Assembly (NCBI GenBank): GCA_963735805.1
Contig: CAVTMK010000002.1
Location: 1,152,001-1,216,000 of the forward strand
Length of the DNA: 64,000 nucleotides
Source of the DNA: an uncultured Verrucomicrobiae bacterium
GTDB lineage: Bacteria > Verrucomicrobiota > Verrucomicrobiia > Chthoniobacterales > UBA10450
Direction: 5' to 3'
Below the pieces are notes generated by a model, which was not told where the DNA came from, made no database searches, and saw nothing but the letters and a program-made list of their open reading frames with translations. This document shows, piece by piece, positions 1-9,336 of this stretch. The translations under genes and the position numbers were made by a program. The first letter of the stretch is position 1. Every line of letters starts with the position of its first letter.

Positions 1-127
1 TGCCCACGTTCGGATCGATCGTACAAAAAGGATAATTTTCCGCAGGCGCCTTATGCGTGCGCGTAACGGCGTTAAAAAGCGTCGATTTCCCGACGTTTGG
101 AAGACCAACAATTCCGGCACTGAGCAT
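1..127 (-). CDS. ychF: Redox-regulated ATPase YchF, N-terminal part (runs off window)
   Basis: Manual translation [22 protein letters not shown]...[14 protein letters not shown] matches the YchF P-loop and YPFCTI motifs; not in ORF track. Confidence 0.93.
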   Translation of the reverse strand, partial: MLSAGIVGLPNVGKSTLFNAVTRTHKAPAENYPFCTIDPNVG

Positions 128-132
128 GTTTC

Positions 133-188
133 TGTAGCGGCCGTATCCGACAGCCGAAAGTGAGCGACACTTAAAGAGCGCCGCTGCT
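133..188. repeat. GTAG-type REP-like palindromic element
   Basis: TGTAGCGGCCGTATCCGACAGCCG...GAGCGCCGCTGCT; imperfect hairpins; related partial copy ...AGCGCCGCTAC at 10473-10499. Confidence 0.5.
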
Positions 189-196
189 GTTAACCA

Positions 197-270
197 TCGG
201 GCCGCCGGGATTTGAACCCGGGACCTCTTGAACCCCATTCAAGCGCACTACCAAGCTGTGCTACGGCCCG
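197..270 (-). tRNA. tRNA-Pro(GGG)
   Basis: Reverse complement CGGGCCGTAGCACAGCTTGGTAGTGCGCTTGAATGGGGTTCAAGAGGTCCCGGGTTCAAATCCCGGCGGCCCGA folds as a cloverleaf; anticodon GGG; CCA not encoded. Confidence 0.95.
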
Positions 271-327
271 CCAAAGCGAATATTGTTTGCCACTTCTTGG
301 TCCGAGGCAAACTTTTCGACCATTGCG

Positions 328-777
328 ATGAGAACGTTTATTTTAAAACATTTGTGTTTCCTCGCAGTGTTGAGTTTTCTTTGTGCGATCAGCGATGTTC
401 TCGCTCAACCGCACGGAACCATCAAATTAAACAAAAATGCTCTCGCGTTTGCCACGCAACTCATCAAAAAGGGACGTGTCATCGCGGACAGGAAAGGCGC
501 GTGGAGCGAGCATCGCCCCTCTGCAGAGCTCGAGAACGAGTTTATTCGGCAGCATGGCTTCGGTGAATATGCAAAGTGGTATCTCGGCATTGACGAACGA
601 TTTCCCGAGAACACGAAACGAAGGTACAAATTTCCGTATGGCGATTTCAGAAATGTTCATCGCTGTGGGGTGCTAGCTGTCCAAAACAGAGCCGGCGAGT
701 ACAAATACGCCGAGATCGAAAATGCAGCGGCCGAAATCAGGACAATCATCGACGTAACTCGGAACGCGACGCGTTGA
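328..777 (+). CDS. Conserved hypothetical protein with signal-peptide-like N-terminus
   Basis: ATG 328, hydrophobic leader ending VLA-Q; globular WSEHRPSAELENEFI...YKFPYGDF..VHRC region. Confidence 0.7.
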   Translation: MRTFILKHLCFLAVLSFLCAISDVLAQPHGTIKLNKNALAFATQLIKKGRVIADRKGAWSEHRPSAELENEFIRQHGFGEYAKWYLGIDERFPENTKRRYKFPYGDFRNVHRCGVLAVQNRAGEYKYAEIENAAAEIRTIIDVTRNATR

Positions 778-801
778 AGTGCGTGACTTGGTGATATGCT
801 G

Positions 802-1662
802 TTATTTTGACCCCCAAGCGGTCAAAAACGCATCGATCAGTTCCGGCAGTTCGTCGCTGTAGCCGCCTTCCAAGGCCGTCGCGACAGGGATGTCGAGTTG
901 GCGCAGCCATTCGCCGAACGTGGAAAAATCCTCATGTTCCAGGGTCATCTGCACCAGTGGATCGCGCGCGTAGGCGTCGAAGCCTGCGGAGACAAGGAGC
1001 AGATCGGGGTTGAATTCGACTAATTTGTCCAGTGCCCGCTTTGCCACCTCGACATGATGATTTCGCGGCGTTCCAGGGCCGAGTGGATAATTCGTTACAT
1101 TCGCAAAAGAACTTGTGCCCGTTCCGGGGTAACCGGGAAATTGATGGATGGATGCAAAGGCAATCCGCGAGTTGTTTGCAACGATTACCTCGGTCCCGTT
1201 ACCATGATGCGCGTCAAAATCCCAAATCGCAACGCGCTTGCCGGAATTTTCCAGGAACTCAAGAGCGGCGATGGCGATGTTGTTGAAGTAACAAAATCCC
1301 ATCGCCCGGTCTCGCCCCGCATGATGTCCGGGCGGCCGCATGAGACTAAACGCGCGCTCACCGCCGATCGCTGCATGCGCTGCTCCAAGCGCCGCGCCCG
1401 CTGAACGCAAAGCATGTTCGTAAATCTTTGGGTAAACAGGCGTGTCCGCGTCAAAGTCACGCGTCGCGATTCGGATCCTGTCCACGTGATCGCGGGTATG
1501 CGCCCGCAACACAGCCGGTTCGCTGGCAGGTTCGGGAATGCGCCATTCCCAATCGGGATGTCGCTTCTTCAGGAACGGAACGCTGCGTGCGATTCTGGCC
1601 GGCCGCTCAGGATGTCCGGGCGCTGAATACTCCAGGCAAGATGCGTCGGAAAAAATAATCAT
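802..1662 (-). CDS. Histone deacetylase family (Zn-dependent deacylase)
   Basis: HPERPAR, RPPGHHA, GFCYFNN, DFDAHHGNGT, SAGFD and LEGGY motifs. Confidence 0.93.
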   Translation of the reverse strand: MIIFSDASCLEYSAPGHPERPARIARSVPFLKKRHPDWEWRIPEPASEPAVLRAHTRDHVDRIRIATRDFDADTPVYPKIYEHALRSAGAALGAAHAAIGGERAFSLMRPPGHHAGRDRAMGFCYFNNIAIAALEFLENSGKRVAIWDFDAHHGNGTEVIVANNSRIAFASIHQFPGYPGTGTSSFANVTNYPLGPGTPRNHHVEVAKRALDKLVEFNPDLLLVSAGFDAYARDPLVQMTLEHEDFSTFGEWLRQLDIPVATALEGGYSDELPELIDAFLTAWGSK

Positions 1663-1705
1663 GGTGTTTGCAAGGTGACGGTTCATCGGATATTCGGCTA
1701 CGACG

Positions 1706-2443
1706 ATGCTTAACAGCCAGAAAATTGTGGTGGTCATGCCTGCTTACAATGCGGCCCGCACTTTGCAACGCACCTACGATGAAGTGATGGCGCAGGGGAT
1801 TGTCGATCTTGTCATCGTCGTGGACGATGCCAGCAACGATGACACAGTAGCGATCGCAAGGACGCTCGAGCGGGTGCAGGTTGAAGTTCATTCGGAAAAT
1901 CGGGGCTATGGCGCAAACCAGAAGACTTGTTATCGCCTCGCCCTGGCCGCGGACGGAGACATTATCGTCATGATTCATCCAGACTATCAGTACACGCCGA
2001 GGTTAATCCCCGCGATGGCGGCTTTGGTTGCGAGCGGACTTTATCCCTGCGTGCTTGGTTCACGCATTCTTGGTGGAGGCGCGCTGCGTGGCGGTATGCC
2101 TTTATGGAAATACATCTCGAACCGTTTCCTGACGCTTGCGGAAAATGCACTGATCGGCGCGAAGCTTTCGGAATATCATACTGGTTATCGCGCTTTTTCG
2201 CGCCAATTACTGGAGCGCCTGCCATTAGAACGAAATTCTGACGATTTCGTTTTTGATAATCAGGTTTTAGCACAAATCATCGCGCTCGGCTGCGCGATCG
2301 GCGAAGTGACGTGTCCTGCCCGCTACTTGCCTGAAGCGTCCTCGATCAATTTTCGCAGGAGCGTGCGCTATGGCTTTGGCTGTCTGGCGACCGCTCTGCG
2401 TTTCCGGCTGGCGCGCTGGAAGCTCGCGCCGCCGATTGTTTAA
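1706..2443 (+). CDS. Glycosyltransferase family 2
   Basis: VVMPAYN, VVDDASND, NRGYG, HPDYQY and GYRAF motifs. Confidence 0.9.
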   Translation: MLNSQKIVVVMPAYNAARTLQRTYDEVMAQGIVDLVIVVDDASNDDTVAIARTLERVQVEVHSENRGYGANQKTCYRLALAADGDIIVMIHPDYQYTPRLIPAMAALVASGLYPCVLGSRILGGGALRGGMPLWKYISNRFLTLAENALIGAKLSEYHTGYRAFSRQLLERLPLERNSDDFVFDNQVLAQIIALGCAIGEVTCPARYLPEASSINFRRSVRYGFGCLATALRFRLARWKLAPPIV

Positions 2444-2474
2444 TTCGACGCAAGACAATAACCTGTTTCCCCAA

Positions 2475-3305
2475 TCAATAACGCGCTCGAACCAGGTATA
2501 ATCCTTCAGCGGGAGCTGCAAAACGAGCTGAGGCCACCTGTCCGGCGTTCAGCCGCTCAGCGACATCCTGGATGTGCATTTTGCCAAGCGCGCAATCTGC
2601 GAGAGACCCCACGATTAATCGCACCATCTTGTAGAGAAAACCGTCGCCATCGAATTCGATTGTCACGCACGGACCTTTTTGCCGGACCCGCACCGAATGA
2701 ATTGTGCGGACGGTACTTTCTTCCTTTTTCCCTCGATTAGCCGCGAATCCGGCAAAATCATGAGTGCCAACAAAATGTTTGGCTGCTCGCTTCAAGTTTT
2801 TGAGATCGATCGGACGCCGGATATGCCAGATCCGACCATGTTCCAATGGCGGCAGGACAGCGGCTAACCAGATTCTGTAACGATAGATTTTTCCTTTTGC
2901 CGAAAGCCGCGCGTGAAAGTTAGTCGACACGTAGCTGCACCGAATTACGCGGATGGTCGGCGGCAGTAATGCGTTGAGCGCTTTGGTCCAACGTGTATCT
3001 GACAAACGATTGGGTAGATCCACATGAGCGCACTGCGCAAGCGCATGGACGCCGGCGTCTGTTCGTCCGGCACCGTGAACGCGCACGCGTTTGCCGAGGA
3101 CACGTTCAAACACGTCCTCCAAATTGTCCTGGACCGTGTTGCGATGAGCTTGGCTCTGCCAGCCGGCGAACGGCGTGCCGTCGTACGCGATGATGAGTTT
3201 CAGACGCCGTATTTGGCAGGGCCGCTGTGCTGAAATGCCAGTCCGGTTCGGACCGTCCGGTCGGCGCAGAGCGCGGACCTTACGTTTCCCGATCTTGCTT
3301 GCCAT
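2475..3305 (-). CDS. truA: tRNA pseudouridine(38-40) synthase
   Basis: AYDGTPFAGWQ, AGRTDAGVHA, FLYKMVR and APAEGLYL motifs; start uncertain. Confidence 0.95.
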   Translation of the reverse strand: MASKIGKRKVRALRRPDGPNRTGISAQRPCQIRRLKLIIAYDGTPFAGWQSQAHRNTVQDNLEDVFERVLGKRVRVHGAGRTDAGVHALAQCAHVDLPNRLSDTRWTKALNALLPPTIRVIRCSYVSTNFHARLSAKGKIYRYRIWLAAVLPPLEHGRIWHIRRPIDLKNLKRAAKHFVGTHDFAGFAANRGKKEESTVRTIHSVRVRQKGPCVTIEFDGDGFLYKMVRLIVGSLADCALGKMHIQDVAERLNAGQVASARFAAPAEGLYLVRARY

Positions 3306-3735
3306 GCGCTGCGTGCTGTCGCCGGTCAAGATAGCTCTGCAAAATCATTTGGGCCGCTACTTGATCGACATAACCCCGGGTCTGTCGCGTTTTCTTGCCA
3401 GCGTCACGCAATGCACGGTGAGCGGCGACGGTGGTTAAGCGCTCGTCCCATGTAACGACCGGGCAGGACAAAACAGGGCGCAATTTTTCTACAAACCGAA
3501 GGACTTCGGTCGCGGCCGCTCCGATTTGGCCATTCATCTGGCGCGGAATACCGATTACGACATGGTCGATTTGTTTTTCGCGCACGATTTCCGCTATCCG
3601 CGATGGTGCTGCTTCGTTTGCCGGAATTGTTTCCAGCGGATGCGCCAGCAACTGTAACTCGTCGGATATCGCCGCTCCGATGCGTGCCCGGCCAAAATCG
3701 AGAGCCAAAATCGGATTTATCGCGGTTCCGCTCAT
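3280..3735 (-). CDS. ruvX: Holliday junction resolvase-like RuvX/YqgF
   Basis: ILALDFG..RIG.AISD, WDERLTT and VDQVAAQMILQSYL motifs. Confidence 0.93.
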   Translation of the reverse strand: MSGTAINPILALDFGRARIGAAISDELQLLAHPLETIPANEAAPSRIAEIVREKQIDHVVIGIPRQMNGQIGAAATEVLRFVEKLRPVLSCPVVTWDERLTTVAAHRALRDAGKKTRQTRGYVDQVAAQMILQSYLDRRQHAAHGKQDRET

Positions 3736-4805
3736 TGTAGCTCGGGCGGAAGCTTGCCAATCAGGTTTTTGATCTTTTCTGCTTCGTGCCGGTGACAGAC
3801 CAAGAGCGCGTCTTTTGTGTGCACAACAATGAGATCATGAACTCCAAGTAGCGCGATGGTTGTGCCGTTCTCCTCGAAAACGATGTTGTTGCTGGAATCG
3901 ACCGCCGTAATGGCGCAGTTCGCGGCGTTACCATGCTTGTCTTTGTCGAAATAATTCGCCATCGCTCTCCAGCTTCCGATATCGTTCCAGTCGAAACCGG
4001 CCTCTACGACCAGGACCCGGTCTGCCTTTTCCATGATCGCATAATCGAAGGAAATCCGAGGGAGTTCGCTGAAGCGTTCGCGCAAGGCCTTGTCGAAATT
4101 CTTCGGCGCGCGCAGTTGTGAAATGAAGTCTGCCAGCTCTGGAGCCTGGCGGTTGAATTCGCGGAGCACTGTGGGCACCGACCAGACGAACATGCCTGCG
4201 TTCCACCTGAAATTTCCCTTTCGCAAAAACGATTCGGCGAGATCGAGATTGGGTTTTTCTCGAAAGCGCACGACCCGATGGATCGCATCGTTGTCCGGGC
4301 GTTTCCGCAATCGGACCGGCTTGCCTTGCTCGATATAACCATATCCGGGACAGGCCCAGGTCGGTTTGATCCCGATGGTTACAAGCTCGCCTGTCTCTTC
4401 GGCCGCGTCGGCAGCGAGGGCCAGCGTTTCCTGAAAAGCCGCGCGGTTCGAAATGACGTGATCAGCTGGCACAACGAGCATCGTGGCTGCGTGATCGCGA
4501 GCCACAACCCAGCCGGTTCCAAGCGCGACCGCGGCGGCAGTGTCGCGTTTAGCCGGTTCAGCAATGATGTTTTCCTTTGGAAAACGACCGAGCAATTTGC
4601 GGACCGCGGTTTCCTGTTCCGTGTTTGTTAGGATCAAAATGCGTTCGGATGGAACGAGGCCTTCGAGGCGAGTCAACGTTTCTTCGAGCAGAGTCTTGTC
4701 GGAAACAAGTCGCAGCAGTTGCTTGGGCCGCACACGCCTGCTCAATGGCCAAAAGCGTTCGCCGCTACCGCCAGCGAGGATAAGCGCGTATATCGGATTG
4801 GGCAT
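3732..4805 (-). CDS. manC: Mannose-1-phosphate guanylyltransferase
   Basis: ILAGGSGERFWPLSR..PKQ, EPAKRDTA, FREKP, WNAGMF, SFDYAIME and WNDIGSW motifs. Confidence 0.92.
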   Translation of the reverse strand: MPNPIYALILAGGSGERFWPLSRRVRPKQLLRLVSDKTLLEETLTRLEGLVPSERILILTNTEQETAVRKLLGRFPKENIIAEPAKRDTAAAVALGTGWVVARDHAATMLVVPADHVISNRAAFQETLALAADAAEETGELVTIGIKPTWACPGYGYIEQGKPVRLRKRPDNDAIHRVVRFREKPNLDLAESFLRKGNFRWNAGMFVWSVPTVLREFNRQAPELADFISQLRAPKNFDKALRERFSELPRISFDYAIMEKADRVLVVEAGFDWNDIGSWRAMANYFDKDKHGNAANCAITAVDSSNNIVFEENGTTIALLGVHDLIVVHTKDALLVCHRHEAEKIKNLIGKLPPELQ

Positions 4806-4903
4806 GTTCGATGGAGAATGGGAGGCCGCTTCGGGTTGCGAAAATTGCCGTTTCTTTTTCCCAAACGCGACGTATATGGTAGGCGATGTCTTTCCCGATA
4901 TCC

Positions 4904-5188
4904 ATGTCAAAAACGGCCGAGCAACTTCCAGTCGATCCCTTGCTCGCCGTTACAAGGACTGCCATTGGGCTCGGCATTGGCATCTTGATGGCCGACAAAA
5001 TCAAGCCCTCGATCCGTCAGGCGGCGGCGATTGCGCTTGTTGCCATTGGCGCGTTAGCGGCCGCGCCGTGGTTAGTGAAGATTACACTGGGTCAGATCAA
5101 TCGGCCGGAATCAGAGTGGGGAAGTCGCGCCCGTCTGCGGTCCATCCGTGGCGATTCCGGTTATACCACCGATACGGATATCTATTGA
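4904..5188 (+). CDS. Small membrane hypothetical protein
   Basis: Two hydrophobic segments; fills the gap divergent from manC. Confidence 0.6.
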   Translation: MSKTAEQLPVDPLLAVTRTAIGLGIGILMADKIKPSIRQAAAIALVAIGALAAAPWLVKITLGQINRPESEWGSRARLRSIRGDSGYTTDTDIY

Positions 5189-5192
5189 TCTC

Positions 5193-5255
5193 CGTAGAGG
5201 CAGTCCTGCTGACTGCGACGCTTAAGATCATGCCGGCGACAAGTCTGCCCCTACA
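5193..5255. repeat. GTAG-type REP-like element
   Basis: CGTAGAGGCAG...CTGCCCCTACA terminal inverted repeat; similar left end TGTAGTGGCGGCTGTGTCAGCCGC at 51895. Confidence 0.55.
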
Positions 5256-5340
5256 GTCGATTGTCGGACGAGTGTTTTGGCTGTCGTAGAGGACGCTTAA
5301 GAAGGCTTACGTGTGCGCGAAGCACACCCCGATCGCCGCG

Positions 5341-6909
5341 TCACCGATCATTCAAGACCACTTGCGACGCAGCATTGGCTGTTTCGATCCGATCAGTCAC
5401 TTTCTGGATTTTCGCGTCTTGCTCTTTTAGACGAGCGACGAGAGTGTCCAGGTCCTTCTTCAATTGAGTGATAGTCGCGTCTTGTTTCTGAATCCTGCAA
5501 TCTTGGTCTTCTACCCTGGCGTGTTCTTTAAGGAATTCGTTGAGCAACATTGCGTTTACTGCGTCGTAACGCACAGTGTAAATCTCCCCCTTCTCGTCGC
5601 ACACCACCAGGTCGGGATTTACTTCGGCGACTTCTTCGGCGATCAAACCAAACTGGGATGTGCCGGTCTTATCGCTCTTGTAGCGAAAGGTCACGGGCCT
5701 TAACGCCAGGATTGATTCGCTGGCGCTTTCCATCGCAGTGATCTTGTGTTTGAATCGGCGTGAGGAATTCATTGTGCCTAGCTGACCGTTGGAGTCGATT
5801 AGCACGTTAACGGCATTCGCAACTCCGGTTGTCGCCCCGCGAATCCCAGCGATAAAGGTTTGCGTCTGGGTTCCCTGAAGGCCAATACGAATCGTCTCGG
5901 TATCGGCACTGGCACCGCCGTTACCAATGTGGATATTGTTATTGCCGGCGAGAACAGCGGTGCCGGCGGACGAGCCTAACGCGATATTGCCGGAACCGGT
6001 GGTGTTTGAGAGGGCGTTAGCTCCAATGCCAGTGTTGCTGTTGCCAATTGTGCTGGTTTCGAGTGCTCCGAAGCCGACTCCAGTATTGTTGCTGCCGGTT
6101 GAATTGCTATGCAGGGCTTGAAAGCCATCGGCCGTGTTATTGTTAGCGCCGGTATTGCTAAACAGCGCTTGCCAACCCGTCGCGGTATTGCGGTCACCGT
6201 TGGTGTTGGAAGACAGAGCTTGATAACCATTGGCTGTGTTGTTGCTTCCTGTGTTGTTATTGTGCAGCGCAGAAGAACCAATCGCGGTGTTTTGGGTTCC
6301 GGTCGTGTTATCAAAAAGTGCGACAGCACCGATCGCTGTGTTGTCGTCAGCGGTTGTGTTTTGCGAGAGAGCGGAAATACCGACCGCTGTGTTGGTATTA
6401 CCGGTGGTATTTTCCGTAAGTGTGCCAGCACCAGTGGCCGTGTTCGAATTGCCGCTGATATTGTTAAAGAGCGCTCGGTCGCCAATGGCCGTGTTGAAGC
6501 TGGCAATAAAGACTCCACTTGGCGTGCTGGAGTTCTCTAAGCCTCCTCCGTTGTTAAAGAGAGCAAACGCTCCATTAGCCGTGTTTGCAGTTCCGGTAAG
6601 GTTGCCGAAGAGTGCCCCCGCACCGGTAGCCGTATTTTCATCTGCGGTTATATTCACAAAGAGCGCCCCGGCGCCAATGGCAGTGTTGAAGTTTCCTTCG
6701 GTGAGGCTCAGAAGCGAATACAAACCAACTGCCGTATTGTAAGTACCACTGGTGAGACTAAAGAGAGCGGATGTGCCCTCCGCAGTGTTGCCTCCCGGGT
6801 AGCCGCCGTCCGGCGGCGGATTGACTCCCTGTGCGATTGGTAAAAGCGCGAAGCAGCCGACGGTTAAGAGAGCGAGAAATCGAGGAATTGGTAAACTTTG
6901 TGTTTTCAT
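5341..6909 (-). CDS. Secreted repeat protein with C-terminal peptidase S74 (intramolecular chaperone) domain, tail-fibre-like
   Basis: Signal peptide; many 14-aa NTAxGxxALxxNxx repeats; SSRRFKHKI, LRPVTFRY, GLIAEEV and VRYDAV motifs; coiled-coil end. Confidence 0.85.
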   Translation of the reverse strand: MKTQSLPIPRFLALLTVGCFALLPIAQGVNPPPDGGYPGGNTAEGTSALFSLTSGTYNTAVGLYSLLSLTEGNFNTAIGAGALFVNITADENTATGAGALFGNLTGTANTANGAFALFNNGGGLENSSTPSGVFIASFNTAIGDRALFNNISGNSNTATGAGTLTENTTGNTNTAVGISALSQNTTADDNTAIGAVALFDNTTGTQNTAIGSSALHNNNTGSNNTANGYQALSSNTNGDRNTATGWQALFSNTGANNNTADGFQALHSNSTGSNNTGVGFGALETSTIGNSNTGIGANALSNTTGSGNIALGSSAGTAVLAGNNNIHIGNGGASADTETIRIGLQGTQTQTFIAGIRGATTGVANAVNVLIDSNGQLGTMNSSRRFKHKITAMESASESILALRPVTFRYKSDKTGTSQFGLIAEEVAEVNPDLVVCDEKGEIYTVRYDAVNAMLLNEFLKEHARVEDQDCRIQKQDATITQLKKDLDTLVARLKEQDAKIQKVTDRIETANAASQVVLNDR

Positions 6910-7004
6910 AGGACACAAAGTTTCGAAACAACGCCGCCAGCTTGTCGAGATCAAAATGCCGGCGCTCCAACTCTAGCCAGGGATCGGTAATCCTGATCAG
7001 GGAA

Positions 7005-8102
7005 CTACAGAAGTGCTTCTGCAACGGAATCAGCCAGACTTCTGCCTTTTCGGCTGAGCAGGAAGTTACCGTTCGATTTTAGAAGCAATCCTAGCGAAAG
7101 AAGCTCATTTGTTTCTTGTCCAAAATCTTTCAATTCTGAAGCAGCCACTCCGTCGCGCGTACGTAACGAAAGCGCGATTCGCTCCGAGCGTTTCATTTCG
7201 TTCGTCAGGCTTTCACTGAATCCCTTCGGCGACTTACCCGAAAGGACGCGATCGGCATAAGCGCGGTAGTCACAGACATTCTGCCAGCGCTGCATACCGA
7301 CAGTCGAAAACGCGCTTGGGCCCAGGCCGAGATAATCTTTGCCTAGCCAATAGGCGCGGTTGTGAACTGACGCAAAACCAGGACGCGAATAGTTGGAAAT
7401 TTCGTAATGTTCGTAGCCGGCGTCTTCGAGAAAGGACATAGCCATCTCGAAAAACCCGGCATCTGCGTCGGTGTCCTGCAGAAGTTCACCGCGCGCGTGT
7501 CGCAGAAAAAACTCGGTGTCCTCCTCGTACGTTAGACAGTAGGCAGAGATGTGCTCGGGTTGAAGACGGATAGTTTTCTCCAATGTAGCTTTCCATTGCT
7601 CAATAGTCTGCCCTGGCAACCCGAACATCAGATCGACGCTGACGTTCGAAATCCCGGCAGTTCGCAGAACATGGAACGATTGTTCGGCTTGCAATGAGTT
7701 GTGTTCCCGCCCCAGGGCTTTTAGTAAATCATTATCCCAGGACTGAACGCCGAGACTAACTCGGGTTACTCCGAGTTTGTGAAGAAGCGCAGCCTTGCGC
7801 GCCGACACGCTCCCGGGATTCGCCTCAATCGTCCATTCTGCAAGCGACGAAAGATCGAGCCGCTCGTGAAAACCTCCGAGGAGAAATTCCAATTGAGAAG
7901 TTGTAAGAGCCGTGGGCGTGCCGCCACCGAAGTAGATGGTCTCAGGCGATAGCGCAGAATTTGTGCGTTGCTGATCGAGATCTCGTAATATCGCTTCGCA
8001 AAATCGCGACGTCTGTGACCGATCGAGCAAATCCTTGTAGAACGCGCAATACGGACAGATACGGGCGCAAAAGGGGATGTGAACGTAAATGTGGCGAATC
8101 AT
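7005..8102 (-). CDS. hemW: Radical SAM heme chaperone HemW
   Basis: YVHIPFCARICPYCAF (CxxxCxxC), YFGGGTPT, EANP, SLGVQS and YEISNY motifs. Confidence 0.9.
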   Translation of the reverse strand: MIRHIYVHIPFCARICPYCAFYKDLLDRSQTSRFCEAILRDLDQQRTNSALSPETIYFGGGTPTALTTSQLEFLLGGFHERLDLSSLAEWTIEANPGSVSARKAALLHKLGVTRVSLGVQSWDNDLLKALGREHNSLQAEQSFHVLRTAGISNVSVDLMFGLPGQTIEQWKATLEKTIRLQPEHISAYCLTYEEDTEFFLRHARGELLQDTDADAGFFEMAMSFLEDAGYEHYEISNYSRPGFASVHNRAYWLGKDYLGLGPSAFSTVGMQRWQNVCDYRAYADRVLSGKSPKGFSESLTNEMKRSERIALSLRTRDGVAASELKDFGQETNELLSLGLLLKSNGNFLLSRKGRSLADSVAEALL

Positions 8103-8115
8103 ATTATTTTTTTAA

Positions 8116-8224
8116 GGTCATTCCGAGCGGAAGCGAGCAGCCTCTAGCGGTAGGTTGGATCACGCTTCTTATCAACGTGTCCCACGCTTGTAAGGTGAAG
8201 TCCCTCACTCCCCTCAGGATGACC
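8116..8224. repeat. Intergenic palindromic element (GTCAT...ATGAC ends)
   Basis: GGTCATTCCGAGCGGAAGCGAG ... CTCACTCCCCTCAGGATGACC imperfect terminal inverted repeat. Confidence 0.55.
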
Positions 8225-8286
8225 ACTACAGCGTCAGAGTTGTGATTCGCGGAGTTATTCATAGAATCGCTTGGCCTTTGCTCGAC

Positions 8287-9336
8287 ATGACAGAACTCCG
8301 GAACGTAGTCCTCATTTTGTTTTGCGCCATTGCCTCAGGGCTGGCGCAAACGCCGCAGCCCGCGCCGACGCCTTCGATTGTATATTCTGTGCACGATTCT
8401 GCCGCGATCAAAGATTACAAAACAAACCCGCGGATTGTGCGTGAGATGGTGAATCGCCTTGTCCTCGCCGCGACCGGTCAGTCTGACGTAGGAAAGGCGT
8501 GGGCATCGCTGGTCTCTCCCAATGACAAGGTGGGAATCAAGATCTCCGCCGCAGGTGGCGAACTTTTCACAACGCACCACGAGATCGTGAATGCGATTGT
8601 CGATGGGCTCGCCGCCGCGGGACATCCACGTGGCAACATTATTGTTTGGGACCGTTCTCTTGGCGGGATCAAGGAAGCCGGCTACCGGCCGGCGGGTGAT
8701 GGTTACCAGCTAAAGGCAATTGCGCCCCGGGACGGATATGATCCGAAAGCAGTTCTCTCTGCTCCTTTAATAGGCAAGCTAGTTTGGGGTGATCTCGAAT
8801 ATTTCGGTGACATGGGAAAGATGCCGATGCTCTCCGATACCGAGAACACCAGCAACGTGAGTCATTTCTCCAAGATTATTTCCACCGAAGTAAACAAGAT
8901 CATTAACGTTCCGGTGATGAGTATCAGCGAAACAAATGGAATCGCAGGGTGCATTTATAACATGACGATTCCAAACATCGATAATTGGCGTCGCTTTGCC
9001 CAGGGCTCCCGTTTTGGAGCGGAAAGTCTCGCGGAAATTTATTCGAACCCGCTCATTGCAAAGAAAGTTGTCTTCAATTTGATGGATGGCTTGATCGCGC
9101 AATATGCCGGTGGCCCACAGCCTCAACCGAACTACGCGATTCATCATGCCACGCTTTATGCGAGCAAGGATCCAGTCGCTTTGGATGCGATCACGCTGAA
9201 GTTTTTCGAACAATGGCGCAAACGCGCCAGCCTGCCTCCGATCGGCCCGATGACTGCCTATGTGGATTATGCGAGCCAGATAGGCCTGGGTAACTCATCG
9301 TCGAATCGTATCGAGGTCAAAAATATCGGGAGATGA
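8287..9336 (+). CDS. DUF362 domain-containing protein, secreted
   Basis: Signal peptide; DKVGIKI, IIVWDR, IINVP and SKDPVALD motifs. Confidence 0.7.
   Translation: MTELRNVVLILFCAIASGLAQTPQPAPTPSIVYSVHDSAAIKDYKTNPRIVREMVNRLVLAATGQSDVGKAWASLVSPNDKVGIKISAAGGELFTTHHEIVNAIVDGLAAAGHPRGNIIVWDRSLGGIKEAGYRPAGDGYQLKAIAPRDGYDPKAVLSAPLIGKLVWGDLEYFGDMGKMPMLSDTENTSNVSHFSKIISTEVNKIINVPVMSISETNGIAGCIYNMTIPNIDNWRRFAQGSRFGAESLAEIYSNPLIAKKVVFNLMDGLIAQYAGGPQPQPNYAIHHATLYASKDPVALDAITLKFFEQWRKRASLPPIGPMTAYVDYASQIGLGNSSSNRIEVKNIGR

Noticed and set aside
5900..6800. 42-bp periodicity as a CRISPR or DGR-type repeat
   Set aside because: Protein-level 14-aa repeats with synonymous divergence; no spacers, cas genes or reverse transcriptase
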